Assembly: GCF_006345805.1 (NCBI RefSeq)
Contig: NC_043009.1
Span: forward strand, 20,708,001-20,772,000
Source of the DNA: Octopus sinensis
Lineage: Eukaryota
Length of the DNA: 64,000 nucleotides
Direction of reading: 5' to 3'
How positions within the stretch are numbered: the stretch's first letter is position 1; the number at the start of each line of letters is the position of its first letter. The notes under the pieces are model-generated. The model saw nothing but the letters and a program-made list of their open reading frames with translations. It had not been told where the DNA came from and did no database searches. The position numbers and the translations under genes were made by a program. This document shows positions 51,701 to 61,625 of this stretch, piece by piece.

Positions 51701-54700
51701 TTAAAGGATAAATTGAAAATAACTACATATAACTTTAAAAATCTGTATCATAAACAAATATCTTTATTCTTTTACTGAAGTCATTGAATAGCAGCCATGC
51801 TGGAGCACCAACATGAAGTATATGCTTGATTATATCAACCCCCAATACTTTGTCTATATTTATTTAGTTGGCTCTGAAGGGAGACAAAAGTTCATTTCAG
51901 GGTAAAGAGGTGTCATAAAATATTATGTCCTTAACTCCACAGCAATTTTTAGGCTTTCATAAACAATAAACGATGCTATAAATGTAGAAATATACAGTAA
52001 AAATATGAAAAAAATATTTGAATCCTTACCAACTGTCTTGCAAGAATTTCGATCGTGCAACTCATAACCTTGTAGACAACTACATTTGTAGGAGCCAACA
52101 TGGTTTTCACATAATTGGGAACAAGTTCCAAAGATTTCACATTCATCTACATCTACAAGAGAGAAAAAAAAGGCGACATTAAAATAGGAAGCATATGCAA
52201 TTATATACATACATGTGTGTGTGTGTACATGCACACACACACACACAGAGGTGGCTGTGTGGTTAAAAAGTTAGCTTCCCTAACCATATGGTTTCAGGTT
52301 CAGTCCTACTGCATGGTACCTTCAGCAAATTTCTTCTATTATGGCCCCAGGCCAACCAAAAACTTATACGTGGATTTGGTCAACAGAAACAGAAAAAAGT
52401 CTGTCATACATATGTTTGCATGTATGTATGAGTGTAAAAATAATGAAATTATTGTATACAGTGCTCAGGTGCACCACAACTTGTCAGAAAGTGCATATAA
52501 AGTACATGCAGTAATGTACAAATGTCTGGAAAGCGAACAATGTATGAGTCAGATACATGCTTGTGTGTGTATGGAGGGGAGAAAATCAGGTGTAGTGTTG
52601 GCGAATCTCAGAAAACATGGAAGTTTTGAAGGATGCAGTGCTCTGACAACTAACAACTGATGCCGGCAGTTTGTTCCATGCTTCAGCAACTCTCAGCATG
52701 AAAAAATGTTTCCTGAAGTCATGGGAGCTGTGCTGTTTTCTGACTTTGTAAATATGTCCACGGGTGTTAGATGGGTGGAGTTTGAAAAGGTGCTCAGAGT
52801 TATTGTTTGTACGATAGTTGATAATTTTATGGGTGTCTGCCAAGTCAGCTGCCAGACGTCGGAGTTTCAATGTGTCCATGCCCAGGGAAGTAAGGCTTCA
52901 GGATATGTTCATCTCTCCTTGTCTTGACAATGCTTGGTAGATGAATGTCAGTCTTACCTGCAAAAACCATGCCCATCCATGGGGAAATACTACCTTACTT
53001 GGAAACAGGTGAGGGCTGGCAACAGGTTGCAAAACATCTGCCTCAATAAATTCCATCCAACCCATGCAAATGTGTAAAAATGGATGTCAAAATAACGATG
53101 AACACACACACATTTATATGCACATTCAAGTTTACTACAAGGAAAAGTACTCAACATAAAAATTAGAGTATAGACATTTATTATAGAGGTGAAATTAGAG
53201 TTTGTGGTATGACCAGTAGCAATACAAAACATTCCGTTATCTACACACACAGAGTTTCATTCCTCTGTCAACAGATTATATGGATATACATTATAGAGAA
53301 AGCAGTTTGGAACCAATCTTTTGACCATCATAATAACAATACGTACCCTGACAAGTGGAGTTGCCAACAAGCTTGAAACCAGTGAAACAATCACAGCGGT
53401 GCATATGACGCAAAGAAATGCACTGTTGTTGACATCCACCATTATCATCTTTGCAGGGGTATTTTTCTGAAAAAATAAAATATATTTTAGATATTAGATT
53501 AGCTGAATTCTATTGAATCTAAACTACAATAAACAACAATTGAGATGTGAAGAAACCATGAAGAGATGTTGTCTGTATTGTTGTTGGGTCAGATGAAACA
53601 AATTTGCTGAGTCATCAAAATAACTTACCCAGACAAAAATCATCGTTCTCATCTTGCCAGTTGCCACAATCGTTACGGAAATCACACACTTTATTCCATG
53701 GAATACATTTCTTTTTATCGCCATAGCAATCAAATGTTCTATCTGTACACGTATTTTCTGAGGAGCCTAAAAAGAAATTCAAAATTCCAAGATAGAATAA
53801 AACAAGAAAAAAGAAATTACTTCAGAAAAACATTTTTGTTTTAATAGCCACACGCACACACATCAACCAAGCTTTCAAAAGTCTAAAAGTCATTGCCAGA
53901 GAAGTGTAGAAAATTTAGAAAAGAAACAGATGCAGCCTTATCAGAAGAATCATGGCTGCAGAGTAAAACCTGGACTCTCCAACCATGCCCCACTTGTGAC
54001 AGAAGCTGTAAATTAAGGACTGGGGTGTACAGTGATGAAAGGATCCACAAATGAAGGACAAGATGGTCATCATTAGATTGGATAGTTAGCCATAAACAAG
54101 AAAACGTGTGCGTGTATATGTGTTTCACACTCTCTCTCTATATATATATATCTATATATTTAGAGAATGGGTACAAACAATAAACATAATAAAGAAACAA
54201 ATAAATAAAATTCACTCAGCTGCCTCTCTAAAGATTATAGCAATTTATAAACCTGTGTCCCCATCAACTGGATACATTTGTATGGCAGTAGATACAGTGG
54301 AGACAAGACAAAAAGTAGAGAAAATATAGTTGATTTTTAGCAACAGGGATAGAAAAAACACGAACACTGTAAAAGGATGTCTGGTTAAGAGGAACAACTG
54401 GGATAGAAAGATGGGGACCCTCACATGTTTTGTCTAATACCTAGGTGCAAGCATGGCTGTATGATTAAAAAGTTTGCTTCCCAGTAACATAACTTAGGGT
54501 TAAGTCCTATTGTGTGGCACCATGCACAAGTATTTTTCTACTATGGCTCCAAGCTGATTAAAACCATGAAGGATTTGATAAATGGAAACTGAAAAAAGCC
54601 TGTCACATGTATGTGCATAAGTGTTTGGTCTCCTTGTCTTCACATATTCAATGACAATTCTTTGAAAATGGATCTGGCACCATTTATTCTGTCCTCCTTT

Positions 54701-57700
54701 CACCTGACCTAAATGTAGCACCCTGATATTTTCAAATACGTCTTATCTTGAAACCACCCAAACTGTTGATTTCATTAACTTTATTATAATCACAAATACG
54801 CAATTAACACATTGACACTTATTATCTACAACTAGCACTACAACTAGCACTACATGTATGATTATGTCTTAGCATTTTGTCAAGTATTTAGACTTAATTC
54901 TAAGCCAGTAGTTATGGTATTAAATTCTAAAATGGTAACATTGTTTTACTGATGGATGTGATAATATTATTGTCCTACCTGACAGGTAAAGTTTGTTATA
55001 AATAGATCTGACAGAGATAATATCACCTGTCACCTGATCAGGTAGAAATGCAAGACTTGACTAGTATCTCACACATACACAAGTTGGAATAAATATTATT
55101 TCACTTAATTGCTCTCACAGTTCTGAGATACCATTTATTCATTGGTGCGCATGTTATTGTACTTTCTAAGTGGTTGCATAAACAAGAGTGAAGGTGGTTA
55201 ATACATTGTATAATGTAATTAAATTTAATAAATCAATATTATGAAATATGCCATAAGGCAGCAAGCTGGCAGAATCATTAGCATGTCAGGCAAAATGCTT
55301 TGTGGTATTTCGTTTGTCGCTATGTTCTGGGTTCAAATTCTGCTGAGGTCGACTTTGCCTTTCATCCTTTTGGCGTCGATTAAATAAGTACCAGTTATGC
55401 ACTGAGGTCGATATAATCGACTTAATCCGCTTGTCTGACCTTGTCTGTCCTCTCTGTGTCTAGCCCCTTGTGGGTAGTAAAGAAATAGATATTTTGTCTG
55501 TCTTTAAGTTCAGAGTTCAAATTCTGCCATGGTTGACCTTGCCATTTGAGGTTGATAAAACAAGTACTAGCTGAATACTGGGTTCGATCCCATCCCCCAA
55601 AATTGCTGGCTTTGTGTCAAAATTTGAAATCAATATTACTAAATATGCCTGACTGTGAGTCACACAGCTGAACTATTTAGCCTGGAACTTCCAATAACAA
55701 CAATAACTGTTATCACAGATAGATTTTCTGCCATTGCATCAGTTACAGAAAAAAGAATAAATTATTTTAGTGATGCAAAATAATGACACACAGAACAACA
55801 GCATTGGACAGTTTACATTCAGTTCGATAATACTGTCTGTGGTGAAAGGAATCAACACGGTAAGGAAAATGATGTTTGATACCTGTCTAAACTACAGCAG
55901 CATGGAAACAACACATGTAAAATAATCATTCACTCACACACATACATATATATATAAGTAGAGGGTTATTGTAGCAAGAAGTGGTTAAGTTGATGAAGAA
56001 GAGAGAAAGGGGAATGGAGAAGGAATAAATAAGAAGAAAATGAAAAATGTTGCAAGATAAAGAGAGTTAGCAGATTCAATTTCCAATATGGAAAAAGAGA
56101 AAAAACAACTTACCACAATCTTTTTCATCAGAACCACTTTCGCAATCAACAGAACCATCACACTTAAGTAATTTATGAAGACATTCTTTTGATTCTTCAC
56201 AAAGAAAATGGTCATTATCACAAGTGTGCGTACCTGAAATGAATACGAGATGCTCAACATTGAATTACTCTATGTCAATAATCAACACGCACACAAACAC
56301 TGCCATCAATATATATGCGCACACACAAAGTGTTTATTCAAGTATAATATGCAATTTTCCCTAAAAATTATGTGTGTGCATAAGAACAAATGTGCACAAG
56401 AACTAAATATTACTTTTATTTTCCCAGTTCCAAGAATGTAACTATATTCAGAAGAGCAAGATCAGAAAAGTAAGTTATATACTTATATGTAATAAAGTAA
56501 TTTACTATAATTTTGTCATATTTTTCTAAGACAGGGATCATATAAAAGCTACCATTTGTTCTCACTGGATCCTCTTTTCCACTACAACAGTTTCTGTTCC
56601 TCAGATTCATTGATCTCATGTCACCTCCACATAAGTCTACCTGACCCGTATCTCATTGTTCTCCTTCTACCACCACCACCATTCCCAGTCCTACTGCCTC
56701 AAAACATAAACCTTTTGGAATTCACTCTCTGCACATGTCTTGTAGTTGTTGACTGCAACTGCATCAACTTCATTAAGGAACCGTGAAGGCCACAGACCCC
56801 TGCTAATAGAGACACTTTGCAGCAAAAAGCACAGACTATTGCTTCAACCACCCCAAACCCTTCATACAAAAATTTTAGTGAAAATACTTACAATTGACTT
56901 CATCACTTCCATCTAGACAGTCCTCATCCCCATCACACTTCCAGGATTTAGTGATACAAATTTCATTTTTGCAAATAAAATCCAGACTTGTACATTCATT
57001 GTTGATTGTAGTACAGTTACTTTCATCAGCATTGTCAGAACAGTCTTTGTCGCCATCACATATCCAGCTTGGATTTAAACAAGTATGAGTGTCGCACTCA
57101 AATTCATCAGGCTGGCATGTATGAGGTTCTGAAAATAAGGAATGTATCAGTTCTGTAATAATGGCTTCTAATTTTATCACAAGGCCAGCAAATTTGTGGA
57201 AGGGAGTAAGTTAATTACACTGGTATTTATTTTATCGTCCTTTAAAAGGATGAACAGTAAAGTTGACTGAGTCAGAATTTGGACCCAGTATGTAGAAACC
57301 AATGAAATACTGCTAAGCATTTTCAGGTTGTAACTTTTTTTTAACAGCAAAAATAAGAGACACTCATCTATTTACCAATTTTAGTCACTGGACTGTGAGT
57401 GGCCATGCCGGAGCACTGCTGTCAATAGTTTAACTGATCATATGGAGCCCAGTATCTCTGAAGGAGTACTCAATATTTATTAGTAGTGTACATGTTAATT
57501 TTTACATGGAAAAGATTGACCGTATCTTCAAGTTTTGGCTTTGCAGCTACCATCAGCCTGATGACAGCTGGTGAGTCAAAATACTAAAATCACTATCAAA
57601 CTTTTCTTTGTAAATAGTAAAAATACACACACATACACATATTGGAGCTAGGAAGGTCATCCAGCCAAAGAAACTATGCCAAAACAAATACTGAAGCATG

Positions 57701-57789
57701 ATGCAGTCCTTCTACTCATCAGATCTTATCAAACTATTCAATCTATGTCACACTGGAAGATGGAGTTTGTGTGTGTGTGTGTGTGTGTG

Positions 57790-57831
<42 letters not shown>

Positions 57832-59655
57832 GTGGTCTCTTCTGCACAATTTCTATCCACCAAATTCTGCTCATAAGGAAATTGGTCAACCTAAGGCTAA
57901 AGTAGTTGACACTTGACCAGGTGCGAGATGTCGATTTTTGGATGACAGAAATATAAAATTACAGAAATACACCAATTTTAAAGTATTTTATGAAAATAGT
58001 GAAAACTCACCGCAGCCTTTTTCATCTGACTCATCTGCACAATCATTTTCTCCATCACAAACCCATCCACTGTTGATACAGTCACCATTGCTACAGCGAA
58101 ATTCCTTCGGAAGACACTTGTCTTGAACTGGAGAAGTGAAAACAATTGGTAAGTTGCAGACAGACATAGAGATGTAGACAGCAGATACGTACATGAATAG
58201 CTAGAAAGATAGCACATACATCTCTCTCTCTTTCTAAATATACAATGTATATATAGAGTTAGATAGACAGACAGAATCAATTTGAATAAAAAAGTTTTTT
58301 CCATTGGTTTCAAATGGTGGTCATGGTAGTAGCCATAACCTATTCATGATCTGCTGCAAGAATGGAGAGATTGCCACAGTTAATTATCCTCCGAAATAAT
58401 TGCAAGTTGCTGCAGGAAAATCATGGACTGAGAGAGAATTAAAGTGAGATGGCATTATGGAGAAAAAAGATTAGGTGCAGCAGTAAGTGGAGCTTGGGGT
58501 TGGATATGCACACAATATAGGAGAAGAGATCCTGAGGTCACTGTAGAAGTGTTAGAAAAGGAGGCAATGAGGAGTCACAGCCATGTATGTACAGCAGCAA
58601 CACAATTTCAGATATGAGAGCAATATTCCATTGTGGGTAGAGGGTTAGAGTTTTAACAGCTAGGACAAGCACTGGAATTATGTTTTTGCTAGGTTGAGGA
58701 CAGAAATATCAGAAAATGTTAATACATACCACAGTCTTTTTCATCTAATCCATTCGGGCAATCATTTTGTCCATCACACAGCCAGTCAACTGTGATACAC
58801 AAACCATTTTCACAAGAGAAATGATCATCTGCACATTTTCGTTCAGCTAAAAAATTAATAGAAAAGTAACGAGTTCAGGTTTTGTACAGAAAATATCATG
58901 AAGTTGATACATATTTAGTTTGTTACTGTTTATCTTCCTCCCAGCTCAGCCCAGATCCAACAGATCAAATATATTTCAGCAGTGTCCATCATACGTTTCC
59001 CTGCATCCGAGACAGTGTAGCAAGTTTTTCTTTTTAAAGAGAGAAACAAAAAAAATTTCAGCAGATCAATCAGTCATGATGAGGCTCCTTAGCTTGCAGA
59101 ACTCAATATATTCTTTGGTATCAACAAGAACAGTTTGTATTTAAATATTTAAACTCATATTTGAATGAGTTTGGTTTCTGCCCATTTATTCCATACACCA
59201 TCACATTAAATGAATAAATGTCAGAAAAATTATTGGATATGATTCTGTTTAGCACAGAGCTGTTTGCTCAATGATTTTGACAGGGAGTTCCTTTAATCTA
59301 ATCAAAACAAGTCCAACATAATTGGAGAGAGAGCCAACTGAACCGAGGTGACTCGCATCTGCTTGTTCTGCCAGACTTCACACTTTACTATATCCATTAG
59401 CAGAAATACTGCTTGTTTCCTCGTTATTTTATATGAAGGCTAAATCAATAATTATATTGCATTAATTTGTTTAATTTCCCAAATAAATACCCAATCACAT
59501 CAAATTCTGTTAACTCATAAGATTGTACTTACCACATGTTTTAGGGTTTTCATCAGATCGATCATTACAATCTATTTCTTCATCACAAACCCATTTTTGC
59601 GGAATGCACTGTCCATTGTCACAAGAAGACTCTGTGGGTCCACACGTAGCGTTAA
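23925..59655 (-). CDS. VLDLR: LDL-receptor-family lipoprotein receptor (VLDLR/LDLR/lipophorin-receptor-like): 19 coding exons, about 899 aa, signal-peptide exon not identified
   Basis: All 18 introns are GT-AG with consistent phases; exons total 2702 nt and end in TGA. Domains: 7 LDL-A, EGF-A, cbEGF-B, six-blade propeller (YWTD, YWTD, YWTD, YWID, YWTD), EGF-C, S/T-rich stalk, TM, and tail [16 protein letters not shown], which is closest to VLDLR/LRP8/insect LpR. The 140- and 142-nt propeller exons equal the sizes I recall for human LDLR exons 12 and 13. The symbol denotes the family: invertebrates have a pro-orthologue of LDLR/VLDLR/LRP8. Confidence 0.92.
24268..24547 (+). mobile_element. RTE LINE 3' end or derived SINE
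   Basis: Homologous to 15150-15476 including the repeated ggcac.taaaaagcacc units. Confidence 0.75.
24827..24958 (-). CDS. VLDLR: Receptor exon: TM end and cytoplasmic NPxY tail ([44 protein letters not shown])
   Basis: tgttgcAG acceptor, GCG|GTATGT donor, 132 nt, FDNPVY internalisation motif. Confidence 0.93.
25026..25703. mobile_element. Non-autonomous DNA transposon with 15-bp perfect inverted repeat (pogo-like, tentative)
   Basis: GGGCAAAATGAGTAA (25026-40) and TTACTCATTTTGCCC (25689-703); extra AAATGAGTAA copies at 25049 and 25386. Confidence 0.7.
26408..26628 (-). CDS. VLDLR: Receptor exon: stalk III plus most of the TM helix (..[23 protein letters not shown])
   Basis: gtgtttAG acceptor, GTG|GTAAGT donor, 221 nt, phase 1-0. 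Confidence 0.88.
26700..27495 (-). mobile_element. Decayed Tc1/mariner element (D-type third residue, maT-like, tentative)
   Basis: [30 protein letters not shown] motifs; ends approximate. Confidence 0.8.
27845..28060 (+). mobile_element. tRNA-derived SINE with GACTTTGCCTTTCATCC core (degenerate)
   Basis: Similar to 55256-55470. Confidence 0.6.
28160..28222 (-). CDS. VLDLR: Receptor exon: short stalk exon II ([21 protein letters not shown])
   Basis: cctttttattacAG acceptor, AG|GTAATC donor, 63 nt, phase 1-1, S/T/P-rich. Confidence 0.65.
28647..28882 (-). mobile_element. RTE-tail SINE-like repeat (well preserved)
   Basis: tttagcgtccgctttccatgctagcatgggttggacgg..ctttttacgtgccacc. Confidence 0.85.
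30381..30520. repeat. Diverged 25-bp minisatellite, about 5.5 copies (GGTACCAA..CTCTACAGCTGA)
   Basis: Units start at 30381, 30406, 30431, 30456, 30481, 30506. Confidence 0.85.
31064..31252 (-). mobile_element. RTE-tail SINE-like repeat (well preserved)
   Basis: catcatcatcgtttaacgtccgttttccatg..gtgctttttacgtgccaccggca. Confidence 0.85.
31585..31952 (+). mobile_element. 368-bp non-autonomous Helitron
   Basis: A|TCTCTATATGTATAAA 5' end, internal GTCT/GT microsatellite, 3' hairpin and CTAG|T end, no TSD. Confidence 0.8.
32540..32755 (-). CDS. VLDLR: Receptor exon: S/T/P-rich O-glycosylation stalk I ([42 protein letters not shown]..)
   Basis: tgctttacAG acceptor, G|GTGAGC donor, 216 nt, open frame, phase 1-1, mucin-like composition at the expected position. 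Confidence 0.8.
34558..34597. repeat. (AAT)n microsatellite
   Basis: Seen directly. Confidence 0.95.
34600..34792 (-). mobile_element. tRNA-derived SINE (GACTTTGCCTTTCATC core)
   Basis: Reverse complement resembles 55256-55470. Confidence 0.65.
35488..35640 (-). CDS. VLDLR: Receptor exon: EGF-C ([50 protein letters not shown])
   Basis: ttttttcccacttgaAG acceptor, G|GTAAGT donor, 153 nt, phase 1-1. Confidence 0.9.
36015..36156 (-). CDS. VLDLR: Receptor exon: last propeller blade ([37 protein letters not shown])
   Basis: ttctttcattAG acceptor, T|GTAAGT donor, 142 nt, phase 0-1. Confidence 0.92.
36636..36815 (-). mobile_element. Degenerate RTE-tail SINE-like repeat
   Basis: ggtttttacagctggatgcacttccaaacaccaacc motif. 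Confidence 0.55.
36990..37604. repeat. Compound (AT)/(AC) microsatellite, about 615 bp
   Basis: Seen directly; almost no G on plus strand. Confidence 0.97.
37605..38300. repeat. Pyrimidine-rich (CT) tract with degenerate 110-130-bp internal repeats
   Basis: accaccctctctgt at 37842 and 37972; ccccttgtctctct at about 37949, 38058, 38174. Confidence 0.8.
38316..42192 (+). mobile_element. Near-full-length, inactivated CR1/L2-superclade LINE: CCCH finger region, APE endonuclease, RT, 3' hairpin, (TTTAAGGA) tail
   Basis: EN motifs [42 protein letters not shown] motifs [49 protein letters not shown]. Several frameshifts and CGA>TGA-type stops. Confidence 0.95.
42193..42361. repeat. (AT)/(AC) microsatellite between the two LINEs
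   Basis: Seen directly. Confidence 0.95.
42362..43638 (+). mobile_element. 5'-truncated CR1-type LINE (second family), RT to 3' end, (TAAC)n tail
   Basis: [75 protein letters not shown]; tail ttaactaactaactaac at 43622-38. Confidence 0.93.
43639..48701. repeat. 5.06-kb (AY)n low-complexity tract (ATATATAC/ATAC mosaic)
   Basis: Seen directly; only one G noticed on plus strand (45783). Confidence 0.98.
48775..48914 (-). CDS. VLDLR: Receptor exon: propeller ([47 protein letters not shown])
   Basis: ggaacAG acceptor, GAG|GTATGT donor, 140 nt, phase 1-0. Confidence 0.92.
49379..49597. mobile_element. TTAA-flanked MITE (piggyBac-type ends) with a short tandem duplication of its left junction
   Basis: ttaa|CCGTTTGGCATT..AATGCTAAATGG|tttaa; gccatacttaacc repeated at 49350 and 49368. 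Confidence 0.75.
49722..49837 (-). CDS. VLDLR: Receptor exon: propeller ([38 protein letters not shown])
   Basis: ttttctttAG acceptor, G|GTAAGG donor, 116 nt, phase 2-1. Confidence 0.92.
50787..51014 (-). CDS. VLDLR: Receptor exon: propeller (..[32 protein letters not shown])
   Basis: ttgcAG acceptor, GG|GTAATT donor, 228 nt, phase 2-2. Confidence 0.93.
51396..51567 (-). CDS. VLDLR: Receptor exon: propeller start ([37 protein letters not shown])
   Basis: ttttgtAG acceptor, AG|GTCAGT donor, 172 nt, phase 1-2. Confidence 0.92.
52030..52152 (-). CDS. VLDLR: Receptor exon: calcium-binding EGF-B ([41 protein letters not shown])
   Basis: ctcttgtAG acceptor, G|GTAAGG donor, 123 nt. Confidence 0.93.
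52248..52412 (+). mobile_element. tRNA-derived SINE (A box TGGCTGTGTGG, B box GGTTCAGTCC)
   Basis: Pol III boxes seen; sister copies at 54452-54700 and 61508-61625. Confidence 0.75.
52439..52905 (-). mobile_element. 5'-truncated CR1-type LINE, same family as 8698-9340
   Basis: [53 protein letters not shown]. Confidence 0.9.
52957..53098 (+). mobile_element. SINE 3' part with RTE-like tail
   Basis: accttacttggaaacaggtgagggctggcaacagg..ccaacccatgc; similar copy at 61703-61812. Confidence 0.6.
53347..53466 (-). CDS. VLDLR: Receptor exon: EGF-A ([39 protein letters not shown])
   Basis: ttttcAG acceptor, G|GTACGT donor, 120 nt. Confidence 0.9.
53629..53766 (-). CDS. VLDLR: Receptor exon: LDL-A repeat 7 ([39 protein letters not shown])
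   Basis: ctttttAG acceptor, G|GTAAGT donor, 138 nt; KVC..DC..W.DE signature of the last LA repeat in LDLR/VLDLR. Confidence 0.92.
54452..54700 (+). mobile_element. tRNA-derived SINE
   Basis: catggctgtatgattaaaaagtttgcttccc..tgtggcacc..tttctactatggc. Confidence 0.65.
55256..55470 (+). mobile_element. tRNA-derived SINE with AGGTCGACTTTGCCTTTCATCC..AATAAGTACCAG core (resembles the MetaSINE/Sauria central domain, tentative)
   Basis: B box GGTTCAAATTC; best-preserved copy in the window; a partial tandem copy follows at 55490-55625. Confidence 0.75.
56114..56233 (-). CDS. VLDLR: Receptor exon: LDL-A repeat 6 ([39 protein letters not shown])
   Basis: tttcAG acceptor, G|GTAAGT donor, 120 nt; the split TGT codon restores the last Cys of LA5. 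Confidence 0.92.
56892..57128 (-). CDS. VLDLR: Receptor exon: LDL-A repeats 4 and 5
   Basis: ttttcAG acceptor, T|GTAAGT donor, 237 nt; [35 protein letters not shown] and [34 protein letters not shown]. Confidence 0.93.
57225..57330 (-). mobile_element. SINE fragment (same core family)
   Basis: aaaggatgaacagtaaagttgact = reverse of gtcgactttgcctttcatcc. Confidence 0.55.
58011..58127 (-). CDS. VLDLR: Receptor exon: LDL-A repeat 3 ([38 protein letters not shown])
   Basis: cttctccAG acceptor, G|GTGAGT donor, 117 nt. Confidence 0.93.
58730..58846 (-). CDS. VLDLR: Receptor exon: LDL-A repeat 2 ([38 protein letters not shown])
   Basis: ttttAG acceptor, G|GTATGT donor, 117 nt, phase 1-1. Confidence 0.92.
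59533..59655 (-). CDS. VLDLR: Receptor exon: LDL-A repeat 1 ([40 protein letters not shown])
   Basis: ttacAG acceptor, G|GTAAGT donor, 123 nt, phase 1-1, six Cys plus SDE. Confidence 0.92.
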
Positions 59656-60559
59656 CTGTAAATAAACAAATAAACTTTTTTATTGTTGTCTAAATAAATT
59701 ACTTTAATATAGAAATGACTAAATTTTATTTATAAGATATTGAAAGTTACAACTAAGAGAATCTTTGATTGCTGTAAAATTGAAAATTGGTGCACAGTAT
59801 ATATGCACATATTTCTTGATGAAAATAAATTATTGAGTTTATAAGTCATGAGAGTCTGTTTACCAACTGAATAAATGATTGTTAAGTTATAATCATGAGA
59901 AAGCAAGTTATTACAACAGAAGATTGTGTTAGATACCAGCTTCTTCGAAACAGTGGTGAGAAGAGCAACTACAAGGCGAACATTGTTATCTCCCCTATTC
60001 AGCATTATTGAGAAATTCTTAGCATGTGTTTATAATCTTGTTGCAGCAATCAATCTGAAACTGTGTTGTTTACCCTAAAGACGATCTATATGATAATTTC
60101 TCTCTCTCATGAAACTACTGTTCTATATTGTCATTGGTCTTGTCAACATGGACAGTTCACTCGATTTCAATAAGTTTCAGTTCAGATACTGAAAAAATAA
60201 AAATCCTTCAGTATGAAGTGAGAGGCAAAAGACCAAGTTTAGCCAGTGTCTTTTACCAAGTTCTTGTTATCACACAATACTGCTCTCAGCATTTAGAGTA
60301 AAGGAGTTAAAGCCATGCATGAATTACTTTAACAAAGCATGAACAGATTTTAAGCTCAGCATGAGTGATGAGCCAAGTTGTAGAAACCCCATCCATCAAC
60401 ACCCTTGATTATCATCAAGAGACTAGGTTCCAGGTGGTTTCTATAGTCTCAGATATTCAATTGAGAACAATCAGACTGATATACCAATCCCTTTATCCAG
60501 GCTTAGAAACACCTTTCATACAACAGGCAAGGACTGAACTCACCCTACAAGAACTATCA

Positions 60560-60720
60560 ATAAGTTAAGATTCTATGCTTACATTTGTCAAACAAAAGAC
60601 AATTGAAAAGGAGGATGTTCTCCTGTATGGAGAACTTAGCAAAGGGGGAAATGGCTAACAAGGAGACCTGCAACTTCAAAGGACATTTGAGACTATTTCC
60701 ATGAATATTAGCAATTGTAG
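60560..60720 (+). mobile_element. Old RTE LINE C-terminal fragment
   Basis: DVLLYGELSKG resembles RTE LLYGEL..G.R..GRP. Confidence 0.35.
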
Positions 60721-61507
60721 ATTGAAGAAATAAAAAAAAAAAACTGATTCATAGATAAACTTTCTAAGTGTGGTTGTGCATAACCAAAATATCCTATCAT
60801 TACCTATAAAATTCAACAAACATCATTAATAACAAAATTAATCGGGACAATTAGTGTAGTAACAAACTATTTTTAGTAGAAACTAGAAATAGAAATGAAA
60901 CTAGTGCCTTAGACATTCTATTTTACAAACAAACGAAAATTTACTGAAAACAAGATTTCTAGAAGTAATTATATGTAAAACTAGTTTAATTCAGAATCTA
61001 TGCACAAAGTACCATCTGATCCTTGTTAGCAGAGATAAAACAGACAGCAAATAAATGTTAATAGCTCAGTTAATACTGTAGATACATTCTTAATAAAAAT
61101 TGTCTCACTAAATGAAACAGTACTATACGAGGTTATTACAATACAACATACTTAGGGATTCAAACTATTTTTAACAGTGATAGCCATCACCAAAAAACTA
61201 AATCATCTGGAGATTCACTGTTGCAGCTTTCAATCAGTTTAAATCAAAGCAAACTAAATGATGTTACATACCCAGATTTAAACTTTGAAAACAAGCTTAA
61301 TCATTATCAACTAATTCAAAATTATGAAAAACTTTCATTAATCAACTTCAATCACATTTACACAGGACTTATACATTATTAAATTCAGTGTGAACTCGGA
61401 CAAAGATGACGGTTCAAGCTGTAGATTTTCTTTGCGCACTTGTTTTCTAAAAATGCTTCAAAAGTTGTCTATGTTTGTCTTCTCAAATGGTGCCAATTAA
61501 GAAAATT

Positions 61508-61625
61508 ACTTTAGAATTGTATGGTTTTGGATTCAGTCCCACTGTACAGCACCTTGGATAAGATGTTCTACTACTGTTCTAGGCTGACCAAGACTTTCAG
61601 TGACTTTGGTAGATGGAAATGGTAC
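61508..61625 (+). mobile_element. tRNA-derived SINE
   Basis: ggattcagtcccactgtacagcaccttgg..ttctactact. Confidence 0.6.

Noticed and set aside
52248-52330. tRNA genes at SINE heads (also 54452, 55256, 61508)
   Set aside because: Only A and B boxes; no closed cloverleaf; they run into SINE bodies.
54828-54855. 12-bp tandem TACAACTAGCAC sharing ACTAGCACTA with the Helitron palindrome
   Set aside because: The match is only 10 bp with no other Helitron features; likely chance plus local slippage.
56114-56233. LA6 lacks the usual Trp (KLLKCDG)
   Set aside because: Human LA6 also lacks it (GSRQCD), so it is a conserved feature, not a novelty.
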